A stretch of DNA of 61,464 bases, filler included. It is 5 parts of 5 records of this genome, joined end to end, with 100 filler letters (N's around TTAATTAATTAA, not from the genome) between each part and the next. Parts side by side here need not be neighbours in the genome. Positions count along the whole stretch, not along the records: positions 50,243 to 61,464 come from SRR2962707_1669; 4 more parts are not named here. One strand, 5' to 3'. Of this stretch, positions 59,444-61,464 are shown in pieces. The notes under the pieces were generated by a model. That model was not told the origin of the DNA and made no database searches. It saw nothing but the letters and a program-made list of their open reading frames with translations. A program made the translations under genes and the position numbers. Every line of letters starts with the position of its first letter. Within the stretch, counting starts at the first letter, position 1.

Positions 59444-61033
59444 TTGCGATCGCGTTTTTCACAAATTGTGCTGCTCGTCGTTGCGCTGCTGGCATTCCTG
59501 CCGGTGGTGGCGGTCGATCATGTGATCGACGGGTATGTCATGGCGCGGGAAACGACCGCGCTGCAGACGACCGTCGATGCCATTACCCACGATTCCCAGC
59601 TCACGGTTCACGAAGGGATTCAATCGCTCCGACGTATCCTGGCAAACAGCCCCTCTTTGTGTGCGGCGACGTTTGTACAGAACGTCAACAGTGAGTTGGA
59701 GGGCAACCCGTTCCTCCGGCAGGTCATCGTAGAGAATAATGATGGGGTGCAATACTGCTCGGCGTTCGGCCACGCTGTGCAGTATCGGGTGCTTTCGGAA
59801 AATCTTACAATTCCTGGCCATACTGAAACGCTGAGCGTTATCAAGATCGATGGCAATGAGACGCCTCTGCTCAAGATAACCCAGTCGTTTGGGCGCGAGC
59901 GTACTGTCTCGGCGCTCGTGCTGGCCTCTCCAATGCTCATGCGCAACGATGTGCCGCTTCTGGGGCAGATCAGCTATTTGCACGTTGCCCTGACGAGTGG
60001 GACGTCAATTCTGCTGCGCGGCGACGAGCGGATTGGCCAGGGGGCGAGCCGGGACGAGTATCTGTTCGCGCGATCTTTCGCTGGCGAAATACCGCTCAAG
60101 GCCGAGGCCGGCGTTTCATTTTCCGAAGTTCGCTCGGATTATTCGCCCCTCGATATCGGGTTTACAATTGCCGCGTGCTTTCTGGGTGCGCTCATTCTGG
60201 TCCTCGCAATTCAGTACACCCGCAAGGCCGATATCGTTGCTTTCGATCTTGAGCGCGCCATAATCGCGGGGGAGATGAAGCCGTATTATCAACCGGTCAT
60301 GAATCTCAAGACAGGGAAGCTTATCGGGTGTGAGGTTCTCATCCGGTGGGTGAAGAAGAATGGCGAGGTCATTCCGCCGGGCGCGTTTATCGACTATGCG
60401 GAGATGTCTGGTCTTGCCATTCCGATGACGCTGAGCCTGATGGAGCAGGTCCGCTACGACCTTGAGGACATTTGCCGCGAGGTGTCGGACTTCAAAGTGT
60501 CGATCAATCTGTTCGAGGGCCATTTCCGCGACGGATCGATTGTGGAGGACATTCAGTCGGTCTTTGAAGGCAGCGGTATTTCCTACCGCCAACTTGTCTT
60601 TGAAATTACCGAACGCCGACCGCTTGACGATCGCAATGCCGCGAACCGGGTCATGTCTGCCATGCACAAGCTCGGCGTGCGGATCGCCATGGATGACGCT
60701 GGGACGGGGCACTCAAATCTTGCTTATCTGCAGACACTTGGCATCGACATCATCAAGATCGACAAGATTTTTGTTGAGATGATAAAGGATGCCGCCCAGC
60801 CCGTGCCGGTGGTCGACGGTTTGATATCGATGGCCAGGGAACTCGACATCGATATCATTGCCGAGGGTGTCGAAACCCAGGAGCAGGCGCTCTATCTTCG
60901 ATCCAAGAACGTCGTCTTCGCGCAGGGCTACCTTTTCGCGGCACCCATGAAATTGTCTTCATTCCTTGTGCTGGCAAATGCGCTTAGACCGGCCGGGCGG
61001 GAAAGCAATCTTGAGCCGGGGTTGGCTGCCTGA
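59444..61033 (+). CDS. Membrane-anchored EAL c-di-GMP phosphodiesterase with CSS-like periplasmic domain
   Basis: Two TM helices flanking a domain with SLC and YCSA; YQP, EVLIRW, EITER, MDDAGTGHS, IKIDK, AEGVET, QGYLF; start uncertain (59393-59444). Confidence 0.88.
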   Translation: MRSRFSQIVLLVVALLAFLPVVAVDHVIDGYVMARETTALQTTVDAITHDSQLTVHEGIQSLRRILANSPSLCAATFVQNVNSELEGNPFLRQVIVENNDGVQYCSAFGHAVQYRVLSENLTIPGHTETLSVIKIDGNETPLLKITQSFGRERTVSALVLASPMLMRNDVPLLGQISYLHVALTSGTSILLRGDERIGQGASRDEYLFARSFAGEIPLKAEAGVSFSEVRSDYSPLDIGFTIAACFLGALILVLAIQYTRKADIVAFDLERAIIAGEMKPYYQPVMNLKTGKLIGCEVLIRWVKKNGEVIPPGAFIDYAEMSGLAIPMTLSLMEQVRYDLEDICREVSDFKVSINLFEGHFRDGSIVEDIQSVFEGSGISYRQLVFEITERRPLDDRNAANRVMSAMHKLGVRIAMDDAGTGHSNLAYLQTLGIDIIKIDKIFVEMIKDAAQPVPVVDGLISMARELDIDIIAEGVETQEQALYLRSKNVVFAQGYLFAAPMKLSSFLVLANALRPAGRESNLEPGLAA

Positions 61034-61155
61034 ATTTTGGGGTCGCCGATGGACCCAGGCCACGAATTTCCCTTGTGCGGAAAAGATAGCTCAGCAAGCC
61101 TTCCATTTTGTCGCGATTGGTGGCACGTATCTCGCCGCTAATCCGAGGAGACGGC

Positions 61156-61464
61156 ATGACGGAAGAACCGCGCGATCCGCAGAAGGCGCTCAAAGAAGCT
61201 GCGCTGCATTTCCACCGATATCCAAAGCCTGGCAAGATCGAGATTGCTCCGACCAAGCCATTGGCGAACCAGCGCGATCTTGCGCTTGCCTATTCGCCGG
61301 GCGTTGCGGCGCCGTGCGAAGAAATCGCTGCCGATCCTGAAACGGCGGCGCTTTATACGTCGCGTGGCAATCTCGTTGCGGTGATCTCCAATGGTACGGC
61401 TGTTCTCGGGCTAGGCAACATCGGCGCGCTGGCATCCAAGCCGGTGATGGAAGGCAAGGCGGTT
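61156..61464 (+). CDS. maeB: NADP-dependent malic enzyme, 5' fragment (not in ORF track)
   Basis: Hand translation: [30 protein letters not shown]...[11 protein letters not shown]...[34 protein letters not shown]. Confidence 0.95.
   Translation, partial: MTEEPRDPQKALKEAALHFHRYPKPGKIEIAPTKPLANQRDLALAYSPGVAAPCEEIAADPETAALYTSRGNLVAVISNGTAVLGLGNIGALASKPVMEGKAV

Overview
This is not one genomic locus. It is five unrelated assembly contigs joined by artificial 100-bp linkers (44 N + TTAATTAATTAA + 44 N) at 17087-17186, 29998-30097, 43677-43776 and 50143-50242. Contig 1 (1-17086) is a high-GC gammaproteobacterial (Alcanivorax-like) housekeeping region: purL, Nudix/gamma-CA/patatin cluster, corC-like, ypjD-like, ffh, rpsP-rimM-trmD-rplS, xerD-dsbC, alaC'. 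Contig 2 (17187-29997) is probably the same kind of organism and is more accessory: a repeat-disrupted 2OG-Fe(II) oxygenase, ada, trpS, a small Cys/His leader ORF, a CzcCBA-like RND pump, an LmtA-like methyltransferase and selO. Contig 3 (30098-43676) is Rhizobiales-like: 'mfd, DsbA family, YejA-like, ialB, hspQ, AEC transporter, ubiH-like, DUF2182-DUF1326, pcsA, qor, ABC transporter. Contig 4 (43777-50142) is Rhodobacteraceae-like: anmK, moaA, alkD-like, glmS, 'glmU. Contig 5 (50243-61464) is a second Rhizobiales-like organism: purM', AI-2E, hda, ppk1, ppx, rnd, aspS, CSS-EAL, maeB'. Taxonomic calls are impressions from gene order and protein style, not search results. I found no CRISPR array, rRNA, tRNA or prophage. 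The best leads are: (i) a five-copy, exactly 11-bp-phased CCATAC array beside an AT-rich dyad between anmK and moaA; (ii) a putative metal-sensing leader peptide + atypical heavy-metal RND + lipid A methyltransferase-like module; (iii) a dispersed multi-hairpin repeat whose two copies show compensatory base changes; (iv) a MITE-like insertion truncating the gene downstream of ada; (v) the Cys-rich DUF2182/DUF1326 pair in front of pcsA; (vi) a perfect CtrA box in front of a CSS-EAL phosphodiesterase.
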